Shown here: piece after piece, positions 37,378 through 49,016 of the stretch | Numbering within the stretch: position 1 is the stretch's first letter | How the letters are laid out: each line of letters begins with the position of its first letter | From: Dysgonomonas sp. 216 | Lineage (GTDB): Bacteria > Bacteroidota > Bacteroidia > Bacteroidales > Dysgonomonadaceae | DNA length: 64,000 nt | Assembly (NCBI RefSeq): GCF_010501065.1 | Contig: NZ_QVMM01000001.1 | Coordinates: 109,083 to 173,082 of the forward strand | Direction of reading: 5' to 3' | Made by a program: the position numbers and the translations under genes | The notes under the pieces: generated by a model | What the model was told of the DNA's origin: nothing | Database searches by the model: none | Seen by the model: the letters and a program-made list of their open reading frames with translations, nothing else

Positions 37378-38370
37378 CTAATCTTTATCTAATTTATATT
37401 TTGAAATATCCAATCCGAACGAAAGATTCAGGCTATCAAGCAATTCATCTAATTCGGTTAATGATTTTTTACCGAAGTTACGGAATTTAAGAAGGTCATT
37501 CTTATTGAATTGAACAAGTTCGCCTAATGTTTCTACTTCAGCCGATTTCAAACAATTTAACGCACGAACAGATAGATTCATGTCCGATAGTTTTGTTTTC
37601 AATAACTGACGCATATGAAGAACTTCTTCATCGAACTCGTCATTTCCTTCCGATTCGTTTTGCTCAAGCAATATCTTTTCATCCGAGAACAACATGAAAT
37701 GGTGTATCAATATTTTAGCTGCTTCTTTCAAAGCATCTTTCGGATGAATAGAACCATCGGTTGATATTTCTATTACTAATTTCTCGTAGTCTGTTTTCTG
37801 TTCAACACGGTAATTTTCTACCGCATATTTCACATTGCGGATTGGAGTATAGATAGAGTCAATTGCGATAACATTAACGTCGTCCGACAAACCACGGTTC
37901 TCGTCGGCAGGCACATAACCACGTCCTTTGTTAATGTTCAGTTCAATCTGAAAGTTCGCGCTTGTATCTAAATTACAGATTACCAAATCAGGATTCAGAA
38001 CCTCAAATCCGGACAAGTGTTTACCAATATCTCCAGCTTTGAACACTTCCGAACCCGAAACAGTTATCATAACCTTTTCATTCTCGATTTCCTCAACAAT
38101 CTGTTTAAACCTTACTTTTTTAAGGTTCAAAATGATGTTGGTAACATCCTCCATAACTCCGGGTACTGAAGCAAATTCATGCTCAACCCCGTCTATTTTG
38201 ATTGAAGTTATAGCGAAGCCTTCGAGAGAAGAAAGGAGGATACGGCGCAGAGCATTACCTACGGTAATACCATAGCCGGGTTCCAAGGGACGAAATTCGA
38301 ACTTTCCGTAGAAATCGTCCGCTTCTAACATCAATACTTTATCGGGTTTTTGAAATGCTAATATAGCCAT
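37378..38370 (-). CDS. rpoA: DNA-directed RNA polymerase subunit alpha
   Basis: [51 protein letters not shown] plus the C-terminal domain [21 protein letters not shown]. Confidence 0.95.
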   Translation of the reverse strand: MAILAFQKPDKVLMLEADDFYGKFEFRPLEPGYGITVGNALRRILLSSLEGFAITSIKIDGVEHEFASVPGVMEDVTNIILNLKKVRFKQIVEEIENEKVMITVSGSEVFKAGDIGKHLSGFEVLNPDLVICNLDTSANFQIELNINKGRGYVPADENRGLSDDVNVIAIDSIYTPIRNVKYAVENYRVEQKTDYEKLVIEISTDGSIHPKDALKEAAKILIHHFMLFSDEKILLEQNESEGNDEFDEEVLHMRQLLKTKLSDMNLSVRALNCLKSAEVETLGELVQFNKNDLLKFRNFGKKSLTELDELLDSLNLSFGLDISKYKLDKD

Positions 38371-38375
38371 AATTA

Positions 38376-38981
38376 TTATTTCGAATACAATTCTACGATC
38401 AACTGTTCTTTAATGTTCTCTGGGATATCTGCTCTTTCAGGCAAATGTAAGTATTTACCTGTCATTGACGATGAGTCCCATTCAATCCAAGGATATTTAC
38501 TGTGGTTAAACCCTGATAATGAGTTATCGATAACTTCTAGCGATTTAGATTTCTCGCGAACACCTACTTGCTGACCTGGTTTCAAAGTATATGAAGGAAT
38601 ATTCACTACTTTTCCGTCAACAACAATATGACGGTGCGAAACCAACTGGCGAGCAGCAGCTCTTGTTGGAGCTAAACCTAAACGATAAACAACGTTATCT
38701 AATCTCGACTCAAGAAGCTGAAGTAATACTTCACCTGTAATACCACGTGTACGTGCGGCTTTTTCGAACAGGTTACGGAATTGTTTCTCAAGAACTCCGT
38801 AAGTATATTTAGCTTTTTGTTTTTCACGTAACTGAATTCCGTACTCCGACGATTTTTTCTTCCTTCCGTTTCCATGTTGTCCCGGAGGATAGTTCTTTTT
38901 AGAAAGAACTTTGTCGGGGCCGAATATCGGTTCTCCGAATTTACGGGCAATTTTAGTTTTTGGTCCAGTATATCTTGCCAT
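38376..38981 (-). CDS. rpsD: 30S ribosomal protein S4
   Basis: [21 protein letters not shown]...[21 protein letters not shown]. Confidence 0.95.
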   Translation of the reverse strand: MARYTGPKTKIARKFGEPIFGPDKVLSKKNYPPGQHGNGRKKKSSEYGIQLREKQKAKYTYGVLEKQFRNLFEKAARTRGITGEVLLQLLESRLDNVVYRLGLAPTRAAARQLVSHRHIVVDGKVVNIPSYTLKPGQQVGVREKSKSLEVIDNSLSGFNHSKYPWIEWDSSSMTGKYLHLPERADIPENIKEQLIVELYSK

Positions 38982-39105
38982 TTTCTTTTAATTAATTTTC
39001 AATTAAATTCAAATGAATCTGGAATTGTGCAGCCGCGATCACAGAGAGGGTTTTTGCAATCAAATTCACAATTCAAGTTTCAATCTCTCTTAAATTACGT
39101 TAGAA

Positions 39106-39495
39106 TTAAACTCGTCTTTGTTTTGGAGGACGACATCCGTTGTGAGGAAGTGGAGTTACATCAACTATTTCCATAACTTCGATTCCTGCGCCATGAATTG
39201 TACGGATTGCCGACTCACGTCCATTACCCGGTCCTTTAACAAATACTTTAACTTTTCTCAATCCAAGATCAAATGCAACCTTTGCACAATCCTGAGCTGC
39301 TAGCTGAGCTGCATAAGGTGTATTTTTCTTAGAACTACGGAAGCCCATTTTACCAGCTGATGACCAACTGATTACTTGTCCTTCACTGTTTGTAAGAGAA
39401 ATAATGATATTGTTAAATGAAGAATGGATATGAGCTTGCCCCACTGCATCAACCTTAACGTTTCTCTTTTTCGCTGCGACTGTTTTTTTTGCCAT
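39106..39495 (-). CDS. rpsK: 30S ribosomal protein S11
   Basis: [46 protein letters not shown]. Confidence 0.95.
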   Translation of the reverse strand: MAKKTVAAKKRNVKVDAVGQAHIHSSFNNIIISLTNSEGQVISWSSAGKMGFRSSKKNTPYAAQLAAQDCAKVAFDLGLRKVKVFVKGPGNGRESAIRTIHGAGIEVMEIVDVTPLPHNGCRPPKQRRV

Positions 39496-39504
39496 ATCAA
39501 ACTA

Positions 39505-39885
39505 TTATTTTGTAGCTTTTTTCTTGTTTGCAACAGTTTTCTTTCTACCCTTACGTGTACGGGCGTTATTTTTAGTACTTTGACCTCTTACAGGTAAACC
39601 AATACGGTGACGTATGCCTCTGTAGCAACCAATATCCATCAAACGTTTGATATTTAATTGTACTTCAGAACGTAAATCTCCTTCTACTTTATATTTTGTA
39701 GAAATAATCTCACGGATTGCACCTGCCTGATCGTCGGTCCAATCTTTCACTTTGATGTCTCTATCGACACCTGCCTCTTCTAAAATCGCATTAGAAGCGC
39801 TACGACCTATTCCATAGATATATGTCAGGGCTATTTCGCCTCTTTTATTTTGTGGTAAATCAACACCAACTATTCTTATTGCCAT
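39505..39885 (-). CDS. rpsM: 30S ribosomal protein S13
   Basis: [41 protein letters not shown]. Confidence 0.95.
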   Translation of the reverse strand: MAIRIVGVDLPQNKRGEIALTYIYGIGRSASNAILEEAGVDRDIKVKDWTDDQAGAIREIISTKYKVEGDLRSEVQLNIKRLMDIGCYRGIRHRIGLPVRGQSTKNNARTRKGRKKTVANKKKATK

Positions 39886-39915
39886 ATCACTAAATTAGTT
39901 TGCAAAATTAATAAA

Positions 39916-40032
39916 TTATCCCTGACGTTGTTTATACTTAGGATTTTTTTTGTTAATTACATACAGGCGACCTTTTCTTCTTACGATTTTGCAGTCGGCT
40001 GTACGCTTTTTTAATGACGCTCTTACTTTCAT
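39916..40032 (-). CDS. rpmJ: 50S ribosomal protein L36
   Basis: Not in the ORF track because it is under 60 aa. The minus strand encodes [38 protein letters not shown], 38 aa, between rpsM and infA. Confidence 0.85.
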   Translation of the reverse strand: MKVRASLKKRTADCKIVRRKGRLYVINKKNPKYKQRQG

Positions 40033-40043
40033 ATTTTTATTTT

Positions 40044-40262
40044 TTATTTGTATCTGAATGATATACGACCTTTTGACAGATCGTATGGCGACATTTCGAC
40101 GCGAACTTTGTCTCCGGGTAATATTTTTATATAATGCATACGCATCTTTCCCGAAATATGAGCTGTTATTTCGTGTCCGTTTTCCAACTCTACACGAAAC
40201 ATTGCGTTCGATAATGCTTCAACTATTACGCCGTCTTGTTCTATTGCTGCTTGTTTAGCCAT
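40044..40262 (-). CDS. infA: translation initiation factor IF-1
   Basis: [72 protein letters not shown]. Confidence 0.95.
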   Translation of the reverse strand: MAKQAAIEQDGVIVEALSNAMFRVELENGHEITAHISGKMRMHYIKILPGDKVRVEMSPYDLSKGRISFRYK

Positions 40263-40282
40263 AAATTACTTAACTATAAAAA

Positions 40283-41065
40283 TTAAATTGCGTTACTTCC
40301 TAATACAGATTCTATAAATTCGAATGTTGATAATATATCGGCATGACCTTCACGGATTGCAACTGTATGTTCAAAATGAGCCGAAGGCTTACGGTCTTTT
40401 GTCCGAACTGTCCAGCCATCACTTTCAAATACTACATTTTTGCTTCCCATATTAATCATAGGTTCAATGGCGATACACATCCCCTTCTTTAACAAAGGCC
40501 CGGTTCCTCTTCTACCATAATTAGGTACTTCTGGAGCCTCGTGCATTTTACGCCCAATACCGTGCCCGACTAGTTCGCGGACTACAGAATAACCTCGTTT
40601 TTCACAATACGTTTGAATGGCTTCTCCAATATCTCCAACCCTACTTCCTTCTACAGCTTTCTCAATTCCTTTATATAAGGACTCTTTTGTTGTACGAAGC
40701 AATTGTTTAATATCTTCCGAAACTTCTCCTACACAAAATGTATAGGCCGAATCTCCACAAAAACCATTTTTCTCGGTTCCACAATCGACAGAAATTACAT
40801 CTCCATCTTTTAGTATATAATCTCCGGGAATACCGTGAACGACGTTTTCGTTTACCGAAGCACAAATGGAACCTTCGAACCCATTATAACCCAAGAACGA
40901 AGGTATAGCTCCATGGCTTCTTATAAACTCTTCTGCTATCTTATCCAATTGGCGAGTAGTTATGCCGGGCTTTATATGCTTAGCAAGCTCGCCCAATGTC
41001 ATCCCAACCAATCGGTTGCTTTCACGCATCAACTCAATTTCTTCGTCTGTCTTTAGAAATATCAT
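40283..41065 (-). CDS. map: methionine aminopeptidase, type I
   Basis: ICASVNENVVHGIPGDYILKDGDVISVDCG...HGIGRKMHEAPEVPNYG...FEHTVAI. Confidence 0.9.
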   Translation of the reverse strand: MIFLKTDEEIELMRESNRLVGMTLGELAKHIKPGITTRQLDKIAEEFIRSHGAIPSFLGYNGFEGSICASVNENVVHGIPGDYILKDGDVISVDCGTEKNGFCGDSAYTFCVGEVSEDIKQLLRTTKESLYKGIEKAVEGSRVGDIGEAIQTYCEKRGYSVVRELVGHGIGRKMHEAPEVPNYGRRGTGPLLKKGMCIAIEPMINMGSKNVVFESDGWTVRTKDRKPSAHFEHTVAIREGHADILSTFEFIESVLGSNAI

Positions 41066-41084
41066 TTATGTGCCTTTCTTTTTC

Positions 41085-42464
41085 TTAATAAGCAGCTATC
41101 GAACCTGAACGACCTTTTATTCTTCCCGATTTCAATAAGCCGTCATAATGTCTGTTCAGCAAGTGGCTTTCTATTTGTTGAAGTGTATCAAGTACAACCC
41201 CTACAAGGATAAGCAACGATGTTCCTCCAAAGAATTGGGTAAACTCGCGACTTACACCAAAAATACTTGCAAATGCAGGCATTATAGCAACCAATGCCAG
41301 GAATATTGATCCCGGAAGTGTAATACGAGACATTATTTCGTCGATATAGTCGGCAGTTTTCTTACCAGGTTTAACTCCCGGAATAAAACCGTTATTTCTT
41401 TTCAAATCTTCAGCTATTTGTTGTGGATTCACAGTAACAGCTGTATAGAAATAAGTAAAGGCTATAATCAATAATGCTTGTAAAACACAATAAGGTACGC
41501 TAGTGAAATCGGTTAATGACGCCCAAAATCCGCCTGTTTTCTCAGTATAGCTGGCAAACGTGATAGGTATAAACATTATTGCCTGAGCAAAAATGATAGG
41601 CATCACATTAGCAGCATTCACTTTCAACGGAAGATAGTTGCGTGCACCTCCGTATTGTTTGTTTCCAACAACACGTTTTGCATATTGCAATGGCACTTTG
41701 CGTGTTCCTTGTACTAACAATATTGCAGCAGCAATAATTAATAACAAGGCTACTATCTCGATAAGGAACATAACCAAACCTCCGGCCTGATCGCTCAAAC
41801 GAGACGCAAACTCACCTAGCAATGCATGAGGCAGACGTGCAATAATACCAACCAAGATTATAAACGAAATTCCGTTTCCTACCCCTTTATCGGTAATACG
41901 CTCACCTAACCATAATACAAACATACTACCTGCAGCTAAGATTATTGTCGATGGTAATAAGAATGTCCAGAAAGCCATGCCTCCCGGTACTATTGCCATT
42001 TCCATACCTTCAACTACAGCTCCGCCACGAAGTGTTCCTAATAAATAAGCCGGAGCTTGGAACATCAGGATTAACACTGTCAGGTAACGGGTATATTGAT
42101 TAAGTTTAGATCGTCCACTTTCACCTTCACGTTGCAGCTTCTGAAAGTAAGGTAAAGCTATACCCAAAAGCTGAATAACAATAGATGCGGAAATGTAAGG
42201 CATGATTCCTAATGCAAATATAGACGCATTAGCAAACGCACCTCCCGAAAACATATCCAAAAGACCTAAAAGCCCCTCCGACGAACCTGTACGTTGAGAC
42301 AAAGGCAGTGGATCTACCCCCGGCAATATAATAAACGTTCCGAAGCGATATATCACTACGAAAATGAAGGTTATGAGGAGTCTTTTTCTTAACTCCTCAA
42401 TCTTCCATATATTTACTATAGTCTTTACTAACCGCAAATCACTAAGATGTCTTACAATCCCCAT
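41085..42464 (-). CDS. secY: preprotein translocase subunit SecY
   Basis: A 459-aa polytopic membrane protein with NIWKIEELRKRLLITF, GIMPYISASIVIQLL and GGTSLLILVGVVLDTLQQIES. The exact start is uncertain (the ATG is at 42464; an in-frame TTG lies a few codons downstream). Confidence 0.9.
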   Translation of the reverse strand: MGIVRHLSDLRLVKTIVNIWKIEELRKRLLITFIFVVIYRFGTFIILPGVDPLPLSQRTGSSEGLLGLLDMFSGGAFANASIFALGIMPYISASIVIQLLGIALPYFQKLQREGESGRSKLNQYTRYLTVLILMFQAPAYLLGTLRGGAVVEGMEMAIVPGGMAFWTFLLPSTIILAAGSMFVLWLGERITDKGVGNGISFIILVGIIARLPHALLGEFASRLSDQAGGLVMFLIEIVALLLIIAAAILLVQGTRKVPLQYAKRVVGNKQYGGARNYLPLKVNAANVMPIIFAQAIMFIPITFASYTEKTGGFWASLTDFTSVPYCVLQALLIIAFTYFYTAVTVNPQQIAEDLKRNNGFIPGVKPGKKTADYIDEIMSRITLPGSIFLALVAIMPAFASIFGVSREFTQFFGGTSLLILVGVVLDTLQQIESHLLNRHYDGLLKSGRIKGRSGSIAAY

Positions 42465-42466
42465 TG

Positions 42467-42916
42467 TTATTTCATTTTAGATACAGTTCCACCTACAGCC
42501 TGAATAGCAGCTTCTGCCGATTTTGAGAATGCATGAGCTTCTACTTCTAATTTAGCAGTTAAAGCTCCGTTTCCTAAAATCTTAACCAAATGGTTAGCAG
42601 ATATAAATCCGGCGTTAATTAAAGCCTGAACATCGATTTTAGTCAGTTTTTGTTCGTCAGCTAAACGCTGCAAAACATCCAAATTGATAGGCTTGTACTC
42701 AACACGGTTAATGTTTTTGAAACCGAACTTTGGAAGACGACGTTGAATCGGCATCTGACCTCCTTCGAATCCGATCTTCTTTGAATATCCGGATCTCGAT
42801 TTAGCTCCTTTATGACCTCTTGTAGAAGTACCGCCTAAACCCGAACCTGTTCCACGACCGATTCTTTTTCTAGTTTTAGTAGCACCTACAGCAGGTTTTA
42901 AACTTGATAAATTCAT
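42467..42916 (-). CDS. rplO: 50S ribosomal protein L15
   Basis: MNLSSLKPAVGATKTRKRIGRGTGSGLGGTSTRGHKGAKSRSG. Confidence 0.95.
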   Translation of the reverse strand: MNLSSLKPAVGATKTRKRIGRGTGSGLGGTSTRGHKGAKSRSGYSKKIGFEGGQMPIQRRLPKFGFKNINRVEYKPINLDVLQRLADEQKLTKIDVQALINAGFISANHLVKILGNGALTAKLEVEAHAFSKSAEAAIQAVGGTVSKMK

Positions 42917-42949
42917 ATTCGTTATTTTATCTTTCGTTCTGTTACTAAA

Positions 42950-43126
42950 TTATCTCTCTACAGATACAAGGTGCTTAACTTTTTCGATCATCCCTAATAT
43001 TGCAGGATTTTCTTCGTGCTCAACCACTCTGTTCAATTTTCTAAGACCAAGAGCATCTAATGTTCTTTTTTGATCTATAGGACAATTGATTCTGCTTCTT
43101 ACTTGTTTAATTTTTATTTTTGCCAT
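42950..43126 (-). CDS. rpmD: 50S ribosomal protein L30
   Basis: MAKIKIKQVRSRINCPIDQKRTLDALGLRKLNRVVEHEENPAILGMIEKVKHLVSVE. The internal ATG is taken as the start. Confidence 0.9.
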   Translation of the reverse strand: MAKIKIKQVRSRINCPIDQKRTLDALGLRKLNRVVEHEENPAILGMIEKVKHLVSVER

Positions 43127-43146
43127 AACTTTTTCTTCTTGCAAAT

Positions 43147-43665
43147 TTAACCTTTAAACACTTTCTCCATAGATACACCTCTGTTTTGAGCAACAGTGTA
43201 AGCATCTCTCAATTCGCCTAATGCCTCGATAGTAGCTTTCACCAAGTTATGAGGGTTTGACGATCCTTTAGATTTTGCAAGTACATCAGTTACACCAACA
43301 CTTTCAAGAACGGCACGCATCGCACCCCCTGCTTTAACCCCTGTACCGGGAGCAGCTGGCTTAAGAAATACTTCCGAACCTCCAAAGCGCGCAACTTGTT
43401 CGTGAGGAATTGTACCTTTAAGAACAGGAACCTTTATAAGGTTCTTCTTTGCAGCTTCAACTCCTTTAGCAATGGCAGCTGTTACCTCGCCGGCTTTACC
43501 TAAGCCCCAACCAACTACGCCATCTTCGTTACCAACCACTACAATAGCAGCAAAACTGAAGGTACGACCTCCTTTTGTTACTTTTGTTACACGGTTAATA
43601 GCAACTAATCTGTCTTTTAATTCTATATCGTTGGTTGTTTTAACTCTATTACTAACTCTTGCCAT
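43147..43665 (-). CDS. rpsE: 30S ribosomal protein S5
   Basis: [42 protein letters not shown]. Confidence 0.95.
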   Translation of the reverse strand: MARVSNRVKTTNDIELKDRLVAINRVTKVTKGGRTFSFAAIVVVGNEDGVVGWGLGKAGEVTAAIAKGVEAAKKNLIKVPVLKGTIPHEQVARFGGSEVFLKPAAPGTGVKAGGAMRAVLESVGVTDVLAKSKGSSNPHNLVKATIEALGELRDAYTVAQNRGVSMEKVFKG

Positions 43666-43670
43666 TTCTA

Positions 43671-44015
43671 TTAAAATTTAAGTCCGCCTTTACGGGCTGC
43701 GTCTGCCAATTCTTTAATTCTTCCGTGGTACAAGTAACCGTTACGATCGAAAACAACAGTTGTAACACCAGCTTCCTGAGCAGCTTTAGCAACCATTTCT
43801 CCTACTTTAGCAGCTAATTCTTTCTTTGGAGCTTTTTCTGTAATCTTCAAAGATGAAGCCGATGCTAAAGTTTTTCCTGTTAAATCATCAATTACTTGAG
43901 CGTAGATTTGTTTGTTGCTTCTGAAAACAGTCAAACGAGGACGCTCAGTTGTTCCTTGGATCTGACCACGAACGCGTAATTTTATTTTATATCTTCTTTC
44001 TGTCTTTGTTATCAT
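43671..44015 (-). CDS. rplR: 50S ribosomal protein L18
   Basis: [29 protein letters not shown]...[28 protein letters not shown]. Confidence 0.95.
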   Translation of the reverse strand: MITKTERRYKIKLRVRGQIQGTTERPRLTVFRSNKQIYAQVIDDLTGKTLASASSLKITEKAPKKELAAKVGEMVAKAAQEAGVTTVVFDRNGYLYHGRIKELADAARKGGLKF

Positions 44016-44033
44016 AATTCATCAAAATTTCAA

Positions 44034-44588
44034 TTATTTAGATGCCGATTTACCAGACTTACGACGGATTTGTTCGCCAACGAAACGTATACCTTTTCCT
44101 TTATAAGGCTCAGGTTTACGGAACGAACGGATTTTTGAACATACCTGACCGATAAGTTGTTTATCGCACGATTCCAGAATAATTAAAGGGTTTTTATTCT
44201 TTTCAGCTTTAGTTTCGAGCTTAACTTCGTTTGGCAACAACATAACAATAGGGTGAGTATACCCTAATGCCAATTCAAGAAGTTGTCCGTTATTAGTAGC
44301 TCTGTAACCAACCCCTACAAGTTCGAGTTCTTTACGATAACCTTCCGACACACCAACAACCATATTGTTTATCAACGATCTGAATAATCCATGGTTTGCA
44401 CGTGTTTGTTTTTCGTCAGAAGGACGGCTTACTGTTAAAACAGTTCCGTCTACAGTTACTTTTATTTCCGGGTTTACGCTTTGCGTTAACTCTCCTTTAG
44501 GGCCTTTCACTGTAATAGTGTTATCATCAGCAACACTAACAGTTACACCTGCAGGGATGTTAATGGGTAATTTTCCTATTCTAGACAT
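44034..44588 (-). CDS. rplF: 50S ribosomal protein L6
   Basis: MSRIGKLPINIPAGVTVSVADDNTITVKGPKGEL. Confidence 0.95.
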   Translation of the reverse strand: MSRIGKLPINIPAGVTVSVADDNTITVKGPKGELTQSVNPEIKVTVDGTVLTVSRPSDEKQTRANHGLFRSLINNMVVGVSEGYRKELELVGVGYRATNNGQLLELALGYTHPIVMLLPNEVKLETKAEKNKNPLIILESCDKQLIGQVCSKIRSFRKPEPYKGKGIRFVGEQIRRKSGKSASK

Positions 44589-44607
44589 ATATTATCCTCC
44601 CTCTTAA

Positions 44608-45006
44608 TTAATAAACATAACATAATACTTCTCCACCCACTTTTGCATCGCGAGCTTCTTTATCTGTCATAACACCTTTAGAGGTAGATAATACAGCTAT
44701 ACCTAGTCCGTTAAGAACACGAGGCATGTCTTTATACCCTACATATTTACGTAGACCTGGTGTTGAAATACGAATCAGTTTTTTGATTGCATTTACTTTA
44801 TTCACCGGATCGTACTTCAAGGCAATTTTGATTGAGCCTTGAGGTCCTTCTTCTACAAACTTGTAATTAAGGATGTAGCCTTTCTCCATTAAGATCTTTG
44901 TGATCTCTTTTTTCAAGTTAGACGCAGGTATTTCTACCACACGGTGGTTTGCACTGATGGCATTCCTGATTCGCGTCAAATAGTCCGCTATTGGATCTGT
45001 TGTCAT
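44608..45006 (-). CDS. rpsH: 30S ribosomal protein S8
   Basis: [39 protein letters not shown]. Confidence 0.95.
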   Translation of the reverse strand: MTTDPIADYLTRIRNAISANHRVVEIPASNLKKEITKILMEKGYILNYKFVEEGPQGSIKIALKYDPVNKVNAIKKLIRISTPGLRKYVGYKDMPRVLNGLGIAVLSTSKGVMTDKEARDAKVGGEVLCYVY

Positions 45007-45076
45007 AAAAAATGTTTTTAAATTAATCCCGTAACCCGGGACAATATTTAATTAACACTAAAAAAATTAGTCAGTT

Positions 45077-45346
45077 TTACCAGCTTGCTTTCTTAACTCC
45101 CGGTATCAACCCCTTAGAGGCCATTTCTCTAAACTGAATACGAGAAATTCCGAATTGACGGATATAACCTTTAGGACGACCTGTTAAGCTACAACGGTTG
45201 TGCAAACGCACAGGCGATGCATTTTTAGGTAGTGCCTGAAGTGCCTCGTAGTCGCCTTCAGCTTTGAGTTGAGCTCTTTTAGCAGCATATTTAGCAACTA
45301 ATTTTGCTCTTTTCACCTCGCGGGCTTTCATTGATTCTTTTGCCAT
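45077..45346 (-). CDS. rpsN: 30S ribosomal protein S14 (long, 89-aa form)
   Basis: [52 protein letters not shown]. Confidence 0.95.
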   Translation of the reverse strand: MAKESMKAREVKRAKLVAKYAAKRAQLKAEGDYEALQALPKNASPVRLHNRCSLTGRPKGYIRQFGISRIQFREMASKGLIPGVKKASW

Positions 45347-45349
45347 ATA

Positions 45350-45910
45350 TCAAGCTTTTTTTGCATTCTTAAACGGTAAACCAAATTCTCTTAACAGAGC
45401 GTAACCTTCTTCGTCTGTTTTTGCAGAGGTCACAAAGGTAATATTCATTCCCAATATTTTACTAATATTATCGATATTAATTTCAGGGAAGATTATTTGC
45501 TCTTCGATACCTAACGTATAGTTTCCACGTCCGTCAAGTTTACTTTCGATACCTTTAAAGTCGCGGATACGGGGAAGTGCTACTCTGATAAGTCTTTCTA
45601 AAAATTCGTACATGTTATCGTTACGCAATGTTACCATTACTCCGATAGGCATTTTTTTACGAAGTTTAAAGTTCGAAATATCTTTCTTTGACACAGTCGC
45701 TACAGCTTTTTGTCCTGTAATAGCAGTTATTTCGTTTATTGCTGTTTCGATAATCTTTTTATCGGCAACTGCAATACCTAAACCTTGGTTCACTACTATT
45801 TTTTTCAACACCGGAACTTGCATGTTCGACTTGTAACCGAATTCTTTCATCAAAGAAGAAACAATACGGTCTTTATATTCTTTCTTAAGATTTGCTGTAT
45901 TGCTACTCAT
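45350..45910 (-). CDS. rplE: 50S ribosomal protein L5
   Basis: [17 protein letters not shown]...[17 protein letters not shown]. Confidence 0.95.
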   Translation of the reverse strand: MSSNTANLKKEYKDRIVSSLMKEFGYKSNMQVPVLKKIVVNQGLGIAVADKKIIETAINEITAITGQKAVATVSKKDISNFKLRKKMPIGVMVTLRNDNMYEFLERLIRVALPRIRDFKGIESKLDGRGNYTLGIEEQIIFPEINIDNISKILGMNITFVTSAKTDEEGYALLREFGLPFKNAKKA

Positions 45911-46230
45911 TATTTAATCTCCTCCCCTGACTTTTTAGCGTAACGTACTAGTTTTCCATTAGCTCCAACTTTACGGCCTACACGTGTAGCTTTACCTGTT
46001 TTAGGATCAACCACGTTTAGGTTCGAAATATGTATAGAAGCTTCTACTTTCTCAATTCCTCCTTGAGGATTTTTAGCATTAGGCTTAGCATGTTTCGTTA
46101 CCATATTCAGGCCTTCAACAATAGCACGTTGCTTTTCAACAAGAACTTTTAATACACGTCCTGTACGTCCTTTGTCTTTTCCTGTGTTAACGAAAACAAT
46201 ATCGCCTTTCTTTATATGTAATTTGCTCAT
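45910..46230 (-). CDS. rplX: 50S ribosomal protein L24
   Basis: [29 protein letters not shown] (KOW motif). Confidence 0.95.
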   Translation of the reverse strand: MSKLHIKKGDIVFVNTGKDKGRTGRVLKVLVEKQRAIVEGLNMVTKHAKPNAKNPQGGIEKVEASIHISNLNVVDPKTGKATRVGRKVGANGKLVRYAKKSGEEIK

Positions 46231-46248
46231 TACCTATGGTTTTATTAG

Positions 46249-46614
46249 TTATAGTACCTCTGGTGCAAGAGAAACAATTTTCATATTTGTTGCACGAAGT
46301 TCACGGGCAACAGGTCCGAAAATACGACTTCCTCTGATATCGCCTCCGGCATTTAACAGTACACAAGCATTGTCGTCGAAACGGATATATGATCCGTCGG
46401 GACGACGAATTTCTTTTTTCGTACGTACTACTATCGCCTTAGTTACAGCACCTTTTTTAATATCACTTGAAGGGATTACGTTTTTGATAGCAACCACGAT
46501 TACATCCCCTACTGATGCATAGCGTCTTCTTGTTCCGCCTAATACACGGATACACAAACATTCTCTTGCGCCACTGTTATCAGTTACTACTAGTCTCGAT
46601 TCTTGTTGTATCAT
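46249..46614 (-). CDS. rplN: 50S ribosomal protein L14
   Basis: [27 protein letters not shown]. Confidence 0.95.
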   Translation of the reverse strand: MIQQESRLVVTDNSGARECLCIRVLGGTRRRYASVGDVIVVAIKNVIPSSDIKKGAVTKAIVVRTKKEIRRPDGSYIRFDDNACVLLNAGGDIRGSRIFGPVARELRATNMKIVSLAPEVL

Positions 46615-46616
46615 AA

Positions 46617-46874
46617 TTACTTAGCCCTTTCAATTATTTCTACTAATCTCCATCTTTTCAGTTTACTTAAAGGACGGGTTTCCATTATACGTACTGTATC
46701 GCCAATGCTACACTCGTTCTTCTCGTCATGAGCATGATATTTCTTCGTTTTGTTAACGAACTTTCCATAGATAGGGTGTTTCTCTTTCCATTTTACAGCA
46801 ACAGTAATGGTTTTATCCATTTTATTACTGAAAACGACCCCGATTCTTTCTTTTCTTAAATTTCTCGTTTCCAT
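46617..46874 (-). CDS. rpsQ: 30S ribosomal protein S17
   Basis: [40 protein letters not shown]. Confidence 0.95.
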   Translation of the reverse strand: METRNLRKERIGVVFSNKMDKTITVAVKWKEKHPIYGKFVNKTKKYHAHDEKNECSIGDTVRIMETRPLSKLKRWRLVEIIERAK

Positions 46875-46884
46875 TAACTCTCAG

Positions 46885-47079
46885 TTATTTTTTTAGTTCT
46901 CTTTGGCGCAATTCAGTAAGCATACGAGCAACTGTTCTACGCTTTTTCTTAATTTCTACAGGGTTATCCAATGGAGTAACACTGTGACTGAGTACCATTT
47001 GATCTAGAGCTATTTTTTCAGCATCTATTCTCTCCAGTAATTCTTTATCCGATAGTTCTCTTACTTCTGCAATTTTCAT
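46885..47079 (-). CDS. rpmC: 50S ribosomal protein L29
   Basis: MKIAEVRELSDKELLERIDAEKIALDQMV. Confidence 0.9.
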   Translation of the reverse strand: MKIAEVRELSDKELLERIDAEKIALDQMVLSHSVTPLDNPVEIKKKRRTVARMLTELRQRELKK

Positions 47080-47082
47080 AGC

Positions 47083-47514
47083 TTACGAATTTTGAGTTAA
47101 ATCATAATCTCTACGTACTACAAATTTTGTAGTCACGGGAAGCTTTTGTGCTGCTAAGCGCAATGCTTCTTTTGCCACATCATAAGATACACCTTCGATT
47201 TCGAAAAGTATTCTTCCTGGAGTAACTGGAGCAACAAAACCTTCGGGCGAACCTTTACCCTTACCCATACGCACTTCGGCTGGTTTTTTGGTAATTGGTT
47301 TATCAGGGAATATTCTTACCCACACTTGCCCTTGACGTTGCATGTAACGAGTTACAGCAATACGAGCCGCTTCAATTTGACGTCCTGTAATCCATTTCGA
47401 ATCTAATGTTTTGATTCCAAATGAACCGAAAGCCAATTCATGCCCTCTTTGGGCATTTCCTTTCATACGACCTTTTTGCTGTCTTCTGAATTTTGTTTTT
47501 TTCGGTTGTAACAT
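47083..47514 (-). CDS. rplP: 50S ribosomal protein L16
   Basis: [35 protein letters not shown]. Confidence 0.95.
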   Translation of the reverse strand: MLQPKKTKFRRQQKGRMKGNAQRGHELAFGSFGIKTLDSKWITGRQIEAARIAVTRYMQRQGQVWVRIFPDKPITKKPAEVRMGKGKGSPEGFVAPVTPGRILFEIEGVSYDVAKEALRLAAQKLPVTTKFVVRRDYDLTQNS

Positions 47515-47541
47515 TTTAACTCTGTTTCAAACGTTTAATAC

Positions 47542-48276
47542 TTATTTTCTCTTTCCTTTCTTGAAACCTCTTCCACCATCTCTGTTGCCACGGTTACTTC
47601 CTTGAGATCCGTTTTCTTTGCTTTGAGTGAATGATGGAGCAAGGTCTTTCTTACCGTAAACTTCTCCACGGCAAATCCATACTTTTATACCAATCAAACC
47701 AACTTTGGTCAACGCTTCGGCGTGTGCATAGTCGATATCGGCACGGAATGTATGAAGCGGAGTACGTCCTTCTTTATACATTTCCGAACGAGCCATCTCA
47801 GCTCCGTTCAAACGACCCGACACCTGAACTTTGATACCTTCGGCACCCATTCTCATAGTAGCGGCGATAGCCATTTTAACGGCACGACGATAAGCGATTT
47901 TACCTTCAACCTGACGAGCAATATTGTTTGCTACAATAACAGCATCAAGTTCAGGTTTTTTGATTTCAAAGATGTTGATTTGAATATCTTTGTCTGTAAT
48001 CTTTTTCAACTCTTCTTTCAGTTTGTCTACTTCCTGACCACCTTTACCGATTATGATACCGGGGCGTGCAGTACAAACTGTGATTGTAACGAGTTTCAAA
48101 GTTCTTTCAATAATAATACGAGATACACTTGCTTTAGCAAGACGGGCATTCAGATATTTACGGATTTTAGTATCTTCAAGCAATGTATCGCCATACTTTT
48201 TACCGCCATACCAGTTAGAATCCCATCCCCTGATGATTCCTAAACGATTAGATATCGGATTTGTTTTTTGTCCCAT
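47542..48276 (-). CDS. rpsC: 30S ribosomal protein S3
   Basis: [24 protein letters not shown], a KH domain, and a C-terminal RG-rich tail. Confidence 0.95.
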   Translation of the reverse strand: MGQKTNPISNRLGIIRGWDSNWYGGKKYGDTLLEDTKIRKYLNARLAKASVSRIIIERTLKLVTITVCTARPGIIIGKGGQEVDKLKEELKKITDKDIQINIFEIKKPELDAVIVANNIARQVEGKIAYRRAVKMAIAATMRMGAEGIKVQVSGRLNGAEMARSEMYKEGRTPLHTFRADIDYAHAEALTKVGLIGIKVWICRGEVYGKKDLAPSFTQSKENGSQGSNRGNRDGGRGFKKGKRK

Positions 48277-48283
48277 CTGCTAT

Positions 48284-48688
48284 TTAATTTTGATTATTGT
48301 TAAGTGTATCCACGTACAAAGTAACGTGATTAGAACGTTTACGAATTCTGTAACCTCTTCCTTGTGGAGCAGGACGCAAGCGTTTAAGCATTGTTCCTCC
48401 GTCTACTGTGATCGAAGAGATAAATAGTTCTCCGGCTTCGGCTTTACGCTCATTTTTAGCTTCCCAGTTAGCTATGGCTGACTTCAGAAGTTTTTCAACA
48501 CGTATAGAAGCTTCTTTATTCGAGAATTTCAAAGTTCCAAGAGCTTTGAATACTTCCATTCCACGAACCATATCTGCTACTAAACGCATTTTACGAGGAG
48601 AAGTCGGCACATTGTTCAACTTAGCGAAAGAAACGCTCTTTTTGGCTTCTTTTATCGCTGTTGCTGCTCTTTCTTTTCTCTTACCCAT
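48284..48688 (-). CDS. rplV: 50S ribosomal protein L22
   Basis: [40 protein letters not shown]. Confidence 0.95.
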   Translation of the reverse strand: MGKRKERAATAIKEAKKSVSFAKLNNVPTSPRKMRLVADMVRGMEVFKALGTLKFSNKEASIRVEKLLKSAIANWEAKNERKAEAGELFISSITVDGGTMLKRLRPAPQGRGYRIRKRSNHVTLYVDTLNNNQN

Positions 48689-48724
48689 TTTTACTGTTTC
48701 TTTTTATTTTATCAGGGTTTCCTA

Positions 48725-48994
48725 TTATTTTTTCTTATTACCACCATGTCCGCGGAATGTACGTGTAAGAGAAAACTCTCCTAACTTATGACCTACCATG
48801 TTTTCTGTGATGTAAACAGGAATAAATTTATTTCCGTTATGCACAGCTATAGTATGTCCTACAAAATCCGGCGATATCATTGATGCTCTTGCCCATGTTT
48901 TAACTACAGCTTTTTTGCCCGACTCATTCATAGCCAAGACTTTCTTTTCAAGCTTTACATTAATATAAGGGCCTTTTTTTAACGAACGACTCAT
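48725..48994 (-). CDS. rpsS: 30S ribosomal protein S19
   Basis: [19 protein letters not shown]...[36 protein letters not shown]. Confidence 0.95.
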   Translation of the reverse strand: MSRSLKKGPYINVKLEKKVLAMNESGKKAVVKTWARASMISPDFVGHTIAVHNGNKFIPVYITENMVGHKLGEFSLTRTFRGHGGNKKK

Positions 48995-49016
48995 AGTTGT
49001 TTTTAATTAAATCAGA

